A stretch of 64,000 nt of DNA from Spirochaetia bacterium (GTDB taxonomy: Bacteria > Spirochaetota > Spirochaetia > UBA9216): the NCBI GenBank assembly GCA_963675665.1, contig OY776510.1:1248001-1312000 (forward strand), read 5' to 3'. A program made the position numbers and the translations under genes. Below, one piece after another: positions 1 through 9,148 of this stretch. The notes below the pieces were generated by a model. The model was not told where the DNA came from, searched no databases, and worked only from the letters and a program-made list of their open reading frames with translations. Positions within the stretch are counted from its first letter, which is position 1; every line of letters begins with the position of its first letter.

Positions 1-370
1 TCTGTTCAGATTCTCCCTCAATTAATTCTGTGTTTTCTATCCTGGTTATATTTGAAAAACTGTTGTAAAGCGTTTTATCGTTGTTGTCCCTGATGATAAT
101 TCGCAGAGTTGCGTCTTCCAGCGTATTAAGGCTTTCAAGATTAATTAAACGCTGAACTTCGGGCCGCAGATTGGCCCATCCGGCATCACGGGTATAAGTT
201 GCACTGAGGTGCCGGGCTATTGACTTCGTTCTGATCTCCGTAAACAGTCGGGGAAGCTGTGATGTGTAAGTGTAATAATCAAACAATGAGCTGATTGTCA
301 GTGTCGACAGTATGATCAGCAGAAAATATACCAGAACCTGGAAGTAGATAGATCTCAGTTTCAGTTGCAT
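1..370 (-). CDS. Sensor histidine kinase, N-terminal part (runs off window edge)
   Basis: ATG at 370 overlaps the response-regulator stop. Hand translation MQLKLRSIYFQVLVYFLLIILSTLTISS... gives a TM helix followed by an extracytoplasmic segment, open to the window edge. The kinase domain is not visible. Confidence 0.7.
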   Translation of the reverse strand, partial: MQLKLRSIYFQVLVYFLLIILSTLTISSLFDYYTYTSQLPRLFTEIRTKSIARHLSATYTRDAGWANLRPEVQRLINLESLNTLEDATLRIIIRDNNDKTLYNSFSNITRIENTELIEGESEQ

Positions 371-1032
371 ACAAGTTTATAGCCGCCTCCGTAGACAGTT
401 TGAATCGGTTTGAATCCGTTGCTGTGAATCAGTTTTCTTAACCGGCGAATATGAGTGTCGATTGCGCGTTCATATCCGTCAAAGTCATTATCAAAAGCCA
501 GTTCGATTATCCTGCGGCGCGTAAGTACGATACCTGAATTTCTTATCAGAACAGCGAATACTGCAAATTGAGCATGTGTCAGTAGGGTTGGAATGCCGTC
601 TATAAGAACTGTTTCGGTCTCTTCGTCCAGTTGGATGGGGCCGCAGACAAGCCCGGTTTTTACCCGCTTTCCGGTTCTTCGAAGGACAGCTTTTATTCTG
701 ACAATAACCTCTTCGGGTTCAAACGGTTTCACTATATAATCATCCGCGCCCCCGTCAAGTCCTTTGATCCTGTCTTCCTTGCTGCCCTTTGCTGTAAGCA
801 TAATAATCGGTACGTCCGATTCTTTCCGGAGGATGCGGCATATTTCCGTTCCGCTCAGCTGCGGCAGCATAAGATCCAGAAGGACAAGGTCGGGTTTTTT
901 TTCGCGGGCCATATTTAACCCGGTTTGGCCGTCATGGGCAATTACAGCGCTGAAACCTGCTCTTTCAAGGTATATTTTCAACCAGTAAGCGCTTCTGACT
1001 TCATCTTCTACCACAAGGATGGTTGTTTCCAA
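361..1032 (-). CDS. OmpR/PhoB-family response regulator
   Basis: Receiver motifs VVEDE, DLMLP, GADDYIVKPF; winged-helix C-terminus (IDTHIRRLRK, IQTVYGGGY). Confidence 0.95.
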   Translation of the reverse strand: METTILVVEDEVRSAYWLKIYLERAGFSAVIAHDGQTGLNMAREKKPDLVLLDLMLPQLSGTEICRILRKESDVPIIMLTAKGSKEDRIKGLDGGADDYIVKPFEPEEVIVRIKAVLRRTGKRVKTGLVCGPIQLDEETETVLIDGIPTLLTHAQFAVFAVLIRNSGIVLTRRRIIELAFDNDFDGYERAIDTHIRRLRKLIHSNGFKPIQTVYGGGYKLVCN

Positions 1033-1041
1033 ATTATCGCC

Positions 1042-1812
1042 TTATCTGCGTTGCCCGGAACTGCCGGCTTGCGGTTTTTGTTTCTCCTCGCTGTTGCCGT
1101 CGGAGGATTGTGCCTCAGGTTCCCTTGAAGCGGTACCGGGCTTTTGCTGGTTACTGTTCTGAAGTTCGCGGTCGTTGTTTTGAGCGGAACGAATATTTTC
1201 GTTTTGAATATATTGTCTTTCCATTGAGTCAAAAGTTTTTAATATTTCTTCCTGAGTGACAAGACCGTTTTTCAGGGAGAGAATATGTTCTTTGAGCCTG
1301 AAATATTCTTCGTCATACTCAAGACCCACCATGTCGTAATAATTATTAAGATAATCAAGAAGTTCATTCGTATACGTTTTATTAATATCCGGAATTTCGA
1401 CTTTTTGGGCAAGCAGAGAGACTAATTCCCGTTTATATTGTTCTGATTCTTTTCGGTATGTTTCCTGGCGGAACTTCATCAGCTTGCCTTCCTGCAGGAG
1501 CTGGAAGTAGAAGTGTCCTTCGTTAGGGGTCATTGTCCGTTCTGCAGTACGATCCATTATAGATTCAAGGATTCCGGCTTCATCGGTGTATGATATACTG
1601 TATTTTGTTCGCAGGTTTTTAAGCTGCTCTTTTGCGGTTCTGTTATCTATTTTTCCTGCAGCAAGCTCAACGATTGTTTCATCGAATTCCTGTTCAAGTT
1701 CATCTTTATATGCCTGTTTGTTTTCCCAGGAACCCATAGCCGCAAGAGTTGCGGCCGGGATGAGTACCATAAAAAAGAATACAATTGTAAAACCAGGTTT
1801 ATATCTTTTCAT
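1042..1812 (-). CDS. Secreted helical hypothetical protein with two internal repeats
   Basis: Signal peptide, charged helical body, Q/S/G-rich tail; similar to the neighbour at 1859-2356. Confidence 0.75.
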   Translation of the reverse strand: MKRYKPGFTIVFFFMVLIPAATLAAMGSWENKQAYKDELEQEFDETIVELAAGKIDNRTAKEQLKNLRTKYSISYTDEAGILESIMDRTAERTMTPNEGHFYFQLLQEGKLMKFRQETYRKESEQYKRELVSLLAQKVEIPDINKTYTNELLDYLNNYYDMVGLEYDEEYFRLKEHILSLKNGLVTQEEILKTFDSMERQYIQNENIRSAQNNDRELQNSNQQKPGTASREPEAQSSDGNSEEKQKPQAGSSGQRR

Positions 1813-1858
1813 TCAGAATTCTCCTTACAGTATACACCCCGACAAAGTCAATCGCAAT

Positions 1859-2356
1859 TTACTTTTTTGTTTTACCGGAACTGCTGCTTTTGGTTGATCC
1901 TCCGGAGCTGCTTCCTCCGGAAGCTGACTGTTCTTTTCCGATTTCATTTTGGGATTGTGTATTGATTTGCTCCATGTTTCGATTTGTGTTTTTAACCTGT
2001 TCCTGCAATTTCGCTTCCGGTATGTCCTCACATTCCTCCAGAAGCCGGAACTGTTCCATTACCTGTGCTTTTGTCATTACTTTAGTCTGCATGGAAATCA
2101 CCAACTGTTCCATTTTCCGATAATCGGCATTATTCTCCCTGTCATAATCGACACGAAAATCATGCAATTCTTCTATTGCTGCTTCCGCATCAATTTCACC
2201 GGCTTCCACCAAATCTGTAAGCCGGATAAACTCCGCCTGCAGCGCTTCCGGATAAGGTTTCTCACTGTTGCCCATTGCGGCGGCCGTCATGGGTATAACC
2301 AGTAACAACGACATGATTATCAATCCTTTGATGATTACTTCTTTAAGTGTTTTCAT
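1859..2356 (-). CDS. Secreted helical hypothetical protein (paralog of 1042-1812)
   Basis: GAGGAG SD, signal peptide ending AAAMG, S/G-rich tail. Confidence 0.75.
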   Translation of the reverse strand: MKTLKEVIIKGLIIMSLLLVIPMTAAAMGNSEKPYPEALQAEFIRLTDLVEAGEIDAEAAIEELHDFRVDYDRENNADYRKMEQLVISMQTKVMTKAQVMEQFRLLEECEDIPEAKLQEQVKNTNRNMEQINTQSQNEIGKEQSASGGSSSGGSTKSSSSGKTKK

Positions 2357-2608
2357 ACAAATACTCCTCTTGATAAATAATCAAACCTGCTTAAATCAGG
2401 TTATATCTGAAATTTAGCAACAGATTGTGGCGGAATTATGTCCGTTTAAAATAATATGAGATGGGAACCGCTAATAACCCTAAATTTGGCTTACTATCGG
2501 TTCTCTGGAGTTTACTTATTTACTGTTAAGGAGATAAGTAAACATCCGTTACATCTATAGATCCCGGATTTAATTTTTATTGATCTTTTTAAATACAATT
2601 GATACAAT

Positions 2609-2627
2609 TCCTATATACTTGGTAGGA
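2609..2627. promoter_or_regulatory. Candidate Rrf2 operator
   Basis: Imperfect palindrome TCCTAT-N7-GTAGGA immediately before the Rrf2 ATG. Confidence 0.5.
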
Positions 2628-2633
2628 TTTGTA

Positions 2634-3035
2634 ATGAAAATTTCTTCAAAAACAGAATATGCTCTTCTTGCTTTGATCGATTTGGCCAGACATGCGCAGG
2701 GCGGTTATATCAAAATACCGGATATCTGTGAAAGGAACTCAATTCCCAGGAAATTTCTGGAACAGATTCTGATTACATTAAAGGGCGCGGGACTGGTAAG
2801 AAGCAGAAGAGGGCAGGACGGGGGCTACACGCTTGCCGGGGATGCTTCCGAGATATCTCTTGCAACGGTTATCAGGCTGCTTGACGGGCCTCTGGCGTCG
2901 GTAAGTTCGGTAAGCAAGTATTTTTATACCAAAACTCCTATTGAACAGAATGAAAAGCTGATTTCAGTTTTTCGGGAGGTTCGTGATTATATTTCAAACA
3001 GGATGGAGTCCACAACACTCGATCAGCTGATTTAA
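2634..3035 (+). CDS. Rrf2-family transcriptional regulator (CymR-like, no Fe-S cysteine triad)
   Basis: MKISSKTEYALLAL...FLEQIL...GLVRSRRGQDGGYTLA; ATG at 2634 preferred over the TTG at 2580. Confidence 0.92.
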   Translation: MKISSKTEYALLALIDLARHAQGGYIKIPDICERNSIPRKFLEQILITLKGAGLVRSRRGQDGGYTLAGDASEISLATVIRLLDGPLASVSSVSKYFYTKTPIEQNEKLISVFREVRDYISNRMESTTLDQLI

Positions 3036-3099
3036 ATACCTGTAGAGATGCTTTCAAAACCCGGTTTGTTTTGGAAGAGCTTCTATAGTATATTATAAA

Positions 3100-3118
3100 G
3101 TCTACTATGTAGATAGAC
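3100..3118. promoter_or_regulatory. Second candidate Rrf2 operator
   Basis: GTCTAC-N7-ATAGAC, same geometry as 2609-2627, just upstream of the TauE gene. Confidence 0.45.
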
Positions 3119-3123
3119 AAAGT

Positions 3124-3981
3124 ATGTTAGGAGATATTATGGGAACTTCAATTGCCTTATTTACCGGAATCATGATTATTGTGCTTGGTTTTCTTGCGGA
3201 GTATATGGATTCGTCTCTTGGAATGGGTTACGGAACCTCGCTTACGCCCATCCTGATGATAATGGGGTTTGAACCCCTGCAGATTGTGCCTGCTATTCTG
3301 TTGTCCGAACTTATTACCGGTATTCTGGCGGGGATTCTGCACAGCAGGGTGGGTAATACAAAATTCAGCATTGAGCTGAACAGGGAGCAGAATGTTGCAA
3401 CTGCCGTTAAAACCGGCAGGATAATCAGCCTGATAAGAAATTCTGTTTCAAGAGATCTGAAAGTAGTTTGTGTAATCTCGGTCTTCAGTATAATAGGAGC
3501 TCTTGCCTCGGTTTCTCTTGCCCTTTCCATTTCAAAATTCGCGCTTAAGACATATATAGGTATCCTTGTTGTTGTTATAGGCGTAGTTTTAATACTAACC
3601 GCCAGAAAAAACTTCAGTTTTTCCTGGAAACGAATAATCATGCTCAGTGTTATAGCTTCATTCAACAAGGGTATGAGCGGAGGGGGGTATGGTCCTGTTG
3701 TGACCGGCGGACAGATGCTGTCAGGTGTAGACAATAAATCGGCAATAGGCATAACGTCTTTGTCCGAGGGGCTGACCTGCGCCGCAGGACTGCTTCTGTA
3801 TTTTCTCTTTCCGGAAAAGCTTGATTTTACGCTTTTTCCATATCTGATTGCAGGGGCCATTCTGTCGGTTCCGCTTTCGGTAATGACTGTTAAAAAGGTT
3901 AACTCTGACAATCTGCGCTATGTGATAGGCGGTTTTACAATATTACTTGGAAGTTTTACCCTGATTAAACTCTTTATTTGA
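3124..3981 (+). CDS. TauE/SafE sulfite-exporter-family membrane protein
   Basis: DSSLGMGYGTSLTP and SGGGYGPVVT repeats, multiple TM segments; true start may be ATG 3139. Confidence 0.85.
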   Translation: MLGDIMGTSIALFTGIMIIVLGFLAEYMDSSLGMGYGTSLTPILMIMGFEPLQIVPAILLSELITGILAGILHSRVGNTKFSIELNREQNVATAVKTGRIISLIRNSVSRDLKVVCVISVFSIIGALASVSLALSISKFALKTYIGILVVVIGVVLILTARKNFSFSWKRIIMLSVIASFNKGMSGGGYGPVVTGGQMLSGVDNKSAIGITSLSEGLTCAAGLLLYFLFPEKLDFTLFPYLIAGAILSVPLSVMTVKKVNSDNLRYVIGGFTILLGSFTLIKLFI

Positions 3982-4062
3982 CGATTAAGGGACATTAACG
4001 GGAGTAAACAGGTTATATTCAGGTTGATCATTTTGTTACAATGTAATACAAAATGATCCTAT

Positions 4063-4746
4063 ATGAAGAAACAGTTAAACGTTTTGCTCCTGTTTATACT
4101 CGCGATAACAGTAAGCTCATGTTCTACCGTCAAATCCGGGGATTCGGCAGTTCCTCATTCTGTTGAAAAATACCTTCAGGAAAACGGAACAGATTTTGTT
4201 CATTATGAGATAAGCGAAGTAAATTCCGGAAACGGGTATAATTACCATAAACATTCTTATAATGTTTATGAAGATATTGAAACGGTCTGGTTTGATTACA
4301 GGAACACCAATCCTGTTCTTGCTTTCGACAGCCATATAATAGATTTCGGCATTGTATTCAATCCTGAAGATTCAGCAGTATACACCTCCGGCGACTCGTT
4401 TATGCCGCCTTTTGGTGAAGGGCAGATATATATTCTGAGTCTGAAATTTATGGGTATTTACAGTATTCCTGTTGCTTTTAAGGTAAATAAAATAGATTCT
4501 CAAAACAAGATGATTGAATTTATATATCTTAAAAATAATGTGTCGAATGGTTTTCAGCGAATATTTCTGAAACAGGATTATGATTCAAAGGGAATGCCCA
4601 TTACGCATATAGATCATGTCTCTTTCTTCAAAAGCGAACATGGGTTTCGCGATAAATTCATATACCCGCCTTTCCATCAGGATACAATCGATGATTTTCA
4701 TGAGAACGTATTTAAACTTAACAGGTTGAGCTGGTATATTCCGTAA
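4063..4746 (+). CDS. Hypothetical lipoprotein
   Basis: Signal peptide with lipobox-like VSSC. Confidence 0.65.
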   Translation: MKKQLNVLLLFILAITVSSCSTVKSGDSAVPHSVEKYLQENGTDFVHYEISEVNSGNGYNYHKHSYNVYEDIETVWFDYRNTNPVLAFDSHIIDFGIVFNPEDSAVYTSGDSFMPPFGEGQIYILSLKFMGIYSIPVAFKVNKIDSQNKMIEFIYLKNNVSNGFQRIFLKQDYDSKGMPITHIDHVSFFKSEHGFRDKFIYPPFHQDTIDDFHENVFKLNRLSWYIP

Positions 4747-4825
4747 ACAGATGTTTGCTGTTGAGACTTCAGGCATGTTTGTTGTAAACACGGCGCCCCT
4801 GTCTCAACAGCTTAATTAAAAACTA

Positions 4826-5548
4826 TTAATCATCAAAGGCCATGCTGGTTTTCCACTCTTTCCAGACGTTGCCTACCAGTTCCGGAGAAGGTTTCAGGGT
4901 TTTTTTACCCGGCTTCCAGCCTGACGGCGTTGCCTCGGTTCCCTTCTTCTCTCTTACAAGTTGGAAGGCCTGTACCTGCCGAAGTGTTTCGCTGACATTC
5001 CTTCCTACCGGAGGAGTAAGTACTTCAAATCCCTGAATAATTCCGTCGGGATCTATCAGAAATCTTCCCCTGGTATTTACTCCGGCGTCAGCATCATAGA
5101 CTCCGTAAGATGTACCGATCCGCCCGCCTCCGTCTGAAAGCATTGGATAAGGCACACCGCCTTCTACCATTTTCGATAATTCATTATCATTCCACATTTT
5201 GTGAACAAAAACACTGTCCACACTCATTGAAAGAACTGTAACTCCCAGTTTTTCGAATTCCGCGTATTTTTCGGCGACCGCCGAAATTTCCGTGCTTCAA
5301 ACAAATGTGAAATCACCCGGGTAGAAGCATAATACAACCCATTTTCCGATGTACTCGGAAAGCTTCACTTCTACGAATTTACCTTTGTGATAAGCGGCGG
5401 CTGTAAAATCCGGCGCTTTTTGTCCTACCTTGATCATAGGTTTGTTTTCCTCCTGTACTTTTTGTTCAACGGAGTCCGTCGGAACGGTTTCTCCGCCCAC
5501 GGGGCCGCTTTTAGGTCGCTGGCACCCCGGTTTGAATTCTTCAGGCAT
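4826..5548 (-). CDS. prxU: Selenocysteine-containing peroxiredoxin (AhpC/Prx1 type); TGA at 5297-5299 read as Sec
   Basis: ORFs 5297-5608 and 4826-5227 are in the same frame. Read-through gives [21 protein letters not shown], with U at the peroxidatic Cys position. ATG 5548 follows AAGGAGG. Confidence 0.9.
5269..5286 (-). promoter_or_regulatory. Bacterial SECIS-like hairpin
   Basis: TTTCGGC-GGTC-GCCGAAA on the minus strand, starting 10 nt after the in-frame TGA. Confidence 0.75.
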
Positions 5549-5715
5549 TCCCGCCTCCTTCCCTGTGCTGTTATACCGGCATATTCCGGTGGAACAGCAA
5601 GGTATCAATAACTTTATAATTAATATTGTAATGCTTATAATTCAGATAGCAAGAAATATTTAGGCGGAATCTGGCCGGAATCCGTAAATTGGCGGTCGAA
5701 TATTTTTTCCTGTAA

Positions 5716-6120
5716 TTACTTGGCCGCCTGGCTGATTGCGTCTTCGACGGCGGCCAGTATTGCGCTGCTTGTACAGGTGGCGCCCGATACAACATCAACG
5801 TCTGTCGACTGTTGCAATACAATATCATCGGGAATTATATTTATTGCCCGCTGATAATACTGCCTTCCGACCTCATTGTGATCGACGACCTCAACTTCTA
5901 CAAGTTCGGAATTCTCTATGGTTACCTCAACAACAAGCCCGGGTCTGAACCCGTCTGCTGTTCCGGTGTAGATCCCGTCGGAAAGTTCATATCCTTCAAG
6001 TGTTAAGCCTTGAGGGACCGAATAATTGCTTCGTAATCCATGGGCCGAGACTGATGCTGCAGATAATAACAGCAGCGCCGTCATAATTAATAATGCTTTG
6101 CGAAAGTATGATTTAGTCAT
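5716..6120 (-). CDS. Exported FMN-binding domain protein
   Basis: DGIYTGTADG...VDVVSGATCTS flavinylation motif; signal peptide. Confidence 0.88.
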   Translation of the reverse strand: MTKSYFRKALLIMTALLLLSAASVSAHGLRSNYSVPQGLTLEGYELSDGIYTGTADGFRPGLVVEVTIENSELVEVEVVDHNEVGRQYYQRAINIIPDDIVLQQSTDVDVVSGATCTSSAILAAVEDAISQAAK

Positions 6121-6811
6121 TTTTTGCTCCTTTTTTCTGAAAAACAGGCCCGTATGTGAGTGTGTTTTTTACGGGACATGCGCTTATGCATTCAAAGCAG
6201 TTTATGCATTGAAAGTTCCTGATATGCTTTTTTTCCGAAATCTTCACCTGTGTCGGGCATTTCCTGTCGCAGGCTCCGCAGCTTATGCAGGTTTTTTCAT
6301 TGCGTCGGATGCTGAAAAGCCTGGCGAGGCTGATGATTCCGTAACGGGCTCCTTCTGTGCACATATACCTGCAGAAAGGACGTTCTATTACAAGTGATGA
6401 CAGAATAACCGCCCCAAGCAGGATCCATGCTGCTGTTGTAATGCGTGAAATGTTTCCCAGCATTACACCCGTAAAGCTTCCGTAAGGGCTTGTTATAAAC
6501 AGGGTGAACGCCAGTCCTGTAAACGCAAGAGCCAGAAGGATATATCTGCTTAGCCTGAGCCACTTCTCGACTTTTCCGGGTATTTTGATTAGCGGAAGTC
6601 TAAAAAGTCTCCCAAGCCGGCCTGACCACTCCTGCACCGCTCCGAACGGGCAAAGCCAGCCGCAGAAGAATGCTCCGGCAATAAGTGCTGTTCCCATAAG
6701 TGCGATTATAATAATGAAGCTTTGCCCGATAATACCGGCAGCAAGTGTAATGCCGTATATGATCGGTAAAATTAACCTTACTATTTGATATGATCTGATT
6801 GGTTTTCTCAT
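6113..6811 (-). CDS. Membrane 4Fe-4S binding protein (NapH/polyferredoxin-like)
   Basis: FCGWLCPFG, FCRYMC, CxxCxxCxxxCP twice, TM helices. Confidence 0.9.
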   Translation of the reverse strand: MRKPIRSYQIVRLILPIIYGITLAAGIIGQSFIIIIALMGTALIAGAFFCGWLCPFGAVQEWSGRLGRLFRLPLIKIPGKVEKWLRLSRYILLALAFTGLAFTLFITSPYGSFTGVMLGNISRITTAAWILLGAVILSSLVIERPFCRYMCTEGARYGIISLARLFSIRRNEKTCISCGACDRKCPTQVKISEKKHIRNFQCINCFECISACPVKNTLTYGPVFQKKGAKND

Positions 6812-6926
6812 ACCGGCTCCTTTATATTTGATGTTTTGAATATAAGAAAATTTACAAGGGTTGAGGTTAGAAGAATGTAAATTGCATGTAAATTATGTAA
6901 ATACGAATCTAAGGCGATCCGGAGAT

Positions 6927-8015
6927 TTATTTGACTGTCTTTACATTGTTACGGCCGCTTGTTTTTGCCATGTACAGGGCCTTATCGGCATTCCGGAGAA
7001 TCTGATCAAAACTCTCTGATTTATTATTTGAACATGATATCCCGATGCTGACGGTAATATGAAGCAAGAGATCTTTATTTATTATAAAATCATTTTGTTC
7101 TATTCTTTCTCTTAATTTTTCAGCAACCCTGCAGCTGCATGCTGATTCGGAATCCTTTATTATTACAACAAATTCCTCACCACCGTATCGGGCCAGAATA
7201 TCATTCTGCCTGATGTTCTTGTGAAGCAGTTCCGTCAGCAATACGAGGACTGTGTCTCCTGCCGGGTGGCCGTATGTATCATTTACTTTTTTGAAATAAT
7301 CAACGTCAATTAATAACAGCGTGAAATCCCTGTTGTATTTCAGGCAAAACCGGAAAAGAAGATCCCCCTCGCGAAATAAGGTTCTGCGGTTATAGATTTG
7401 TGTAAGGCTGTCGGTGTTTGCCAGCAGTTGAAGTTCACGGTGGGTTCTGGATAAATTTGTTGCATAAAAATAAAAAACAATGAATATGGTGGGGATTGTT
7501 GACAGAAGCAGCAAGATGTTAAACAGTCTGATTATTAAAGGGGTTACGGCTATGGCAGATTCATGAAAATGTACCTGGTCGTTTAAGAACAGCATTGCTA
7601 TAGCAAGTATATTAACGCCTATAAGCATTTTTCGTTCTTTTGGAATCTGGAAATCATATGTGAAGAACGATATCGGCGCTACCAGGAAAAGGAAATAACT
7701 AAAATGTATTTCTGCGGGAAACCAGATGAAGATTAGAAAATATACCTGAAGGAAAAAGCCTGAAAACAGAATTAGCCTGGCTGCATCAAATTTTTTAAGT
7801 TTCAGAAGCAGAAAAACGAATAACATTGCCAGCAGATAAAAAAATGTTTCCAGAACTGTTTTGAAAGGAAGTCTAAAAAGAATAAACAGGAACAGAAATA
7901 TAAATATGCAGCCTGTACTGAATATATTAACAATATATGTGAATCTGTACCGGATTTCCAGATCCCGGCTGTATCCCAGGAATGATATTATTGATTTCAT
8001 TTTTCCGTCATTCAT
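6927..8015 (-). CDS. Membrane-anchored diguanylate cyclase
   Basis: N-terminal TM bundle; DSLT, DVDYFKKVNDTYGH, RYGGEEF with an RxxD I-site. Confidence 0.92.
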   Translation of the reverse strand: MNDGKMKSIISFLGYSRDLEIRYRFTYIVNIFSTGCIFIFLFLFILFRLPFKTVLETFFYLLAMLFVFLLLKLKKFDAARLILFSGFFLQVYFLIFIWFPAEIHFSYFLFLVAPISFFTYDFQIPKERKMLIGVNILAIAMLFLNDQVHFHESAIAVTPLIIRLFNILLLLSTIPTIFIVFYFYATNLSRTHRELQLLANTDSLTQIYNRRTLFREGDLLFRFCLKYNRDFTLLLIDVDYFKKVNDTYGHPAGDTVLVLLTELLHKNIRQNDILARYGGEEFVVIIKDSESACSCRVAEKLRERIEQNDFIINKDLLLHITVSIGISCSNNKSESFDQILRNADKALYMAKTSGRNNVKTVK

Positions 8016-8139
8016 TCATTTAAAAGAGTAGTAGAAAGAATTTTGCATTGCAAGAGATACGACAAATATATTTCGAAATACCAGCTAATTAAACATTCCC
8101 GGTTTATATTTTGATGAAAGCATGCTGCCGTTTTTACGA

Positions 8140-9009
8140 CTAAAGCTCTCCAGTCTTCGGGATGGACTCTGCAGCGCCGAGACGGGTACAGGTTATGGCG
8201 GCGGCATGTGCAGCCCTCATCAGGACGGTTTCCGTTTCTTCCCCTGCGGCAAGTCCTGCAAGCAGGTAGCCTATAAAGGTATCGCCGGCAGCTGTTGTGT
8301 CTACCGCTTCTATTTTCTCGGCCGGAACCACGATTGTTTCGTTTCGGTAACGGTAATGAACCCCTTGTGCCCCCAGGGTCAGCACAAGCTGTGATTCGGG
8401 ATAAAGCCGTGCGAACGCCTCCGCGATTTTCCGGGGTTCCGATTTTCCTGTAAAGCCTTCGCCTTCTATTTCATTAACGATAAAAATGCTTATTTTTTCA
8501 AGCGGCAGGTTGAGAACTGATTTTTCCATCGGTGCAGGGTTGAGCACAATTATCATTCCCTTGTCGTGAGCGGCGTCGATTATATGCTCAGGGTTGTTTA
8601 TCTCATTCTGGAGAAGCAGGAAATCGCCCTCTTTAAAGGGGGCAAGCATTCTTTTAATGTCGTCTTCCGTAAAGCTGTGATTGGCGCCTTTGAAAAGTAT
8701 AATGCAGTTCTCCCCTTCGGGAACCACCTGGATAATCGCACGGCCTGTGGGGACTTCTCCGATTCTGACCAGCGAGGTGTCGGCGCCGGCGGCATCAAGA
8801 CGCTCTTTAAGAAACAAGCCGTCTTTTCCGATTATCCCGGCGTGGTAGACATCAGCTCCGGCATGAGCCAGGGCGATTGACTGGTTAAGACCCTTTCCGC
8901 CGCTGAACTGGTTATATTCAGTACTGCTGAGGGTTTCTCCCGCCCGTACAAAATGATCTACAGAGTAAACATCATCAATATTAAGTGATCCGATATTAAG
9001 TATTCTCAT
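8140..9009 (-). CDS. rbsK: Ribokinase (PfkB family)
   Basis: GSLNID, GGKGLNQ, DTTAAGDTF. Confidence 0.85.
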   Translation of the reverse strand: MRILNIGSLNIDDVYSVDHFVRAGETLSSTEYNQFSGGKGLNQSIALAHAGADVYHAGIIGKDGLFLKERLDAAGADTSLVRIGEVPTGRAIIQVVPEGENCIILFKGANHSFTEDDIKRMLAPFKEGDFLLLQNEINNPEHIIDAAHDKGMIIVLNPAPMEKSVLNLPLEKISIFIVNEIEGEGFTGKSEPRKIAEAFARLYPESQLVLTLGAQGVHYRYRNETIVVPAEKIEAVDTTAAGDTFIGYLLAGLAAGEETETVLMRAAHAAAITCTRLGAAESIPKTGEL

Positions 9010-9148
9010 TCTTTTTCTCCCCACGAAAGTTTAGCATATGGAAGAAAAAACAGGAAGTACAGCCAATAATCGACCGTATTGTTGATAAAAAATCCCCGCA
9101 GCCGGGCAGACTGCAGGGAGGTAAATAATCATGTATTCTGTTTTGAAT

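Noticed and set aside
3228-3911. 227-aa antisense ORF, and similar short opposite-strand ORFs across the window
   Set aside because: They fully overlap well-supported genes and lack RBS or domain signal.
4826-5608. Peroxiredoxin pseudogene or two separate ORFs
   Set aside because: The stop is TGA exactly at the catalytic residue, the frame is intact and a SECIS-like hairpin follows.
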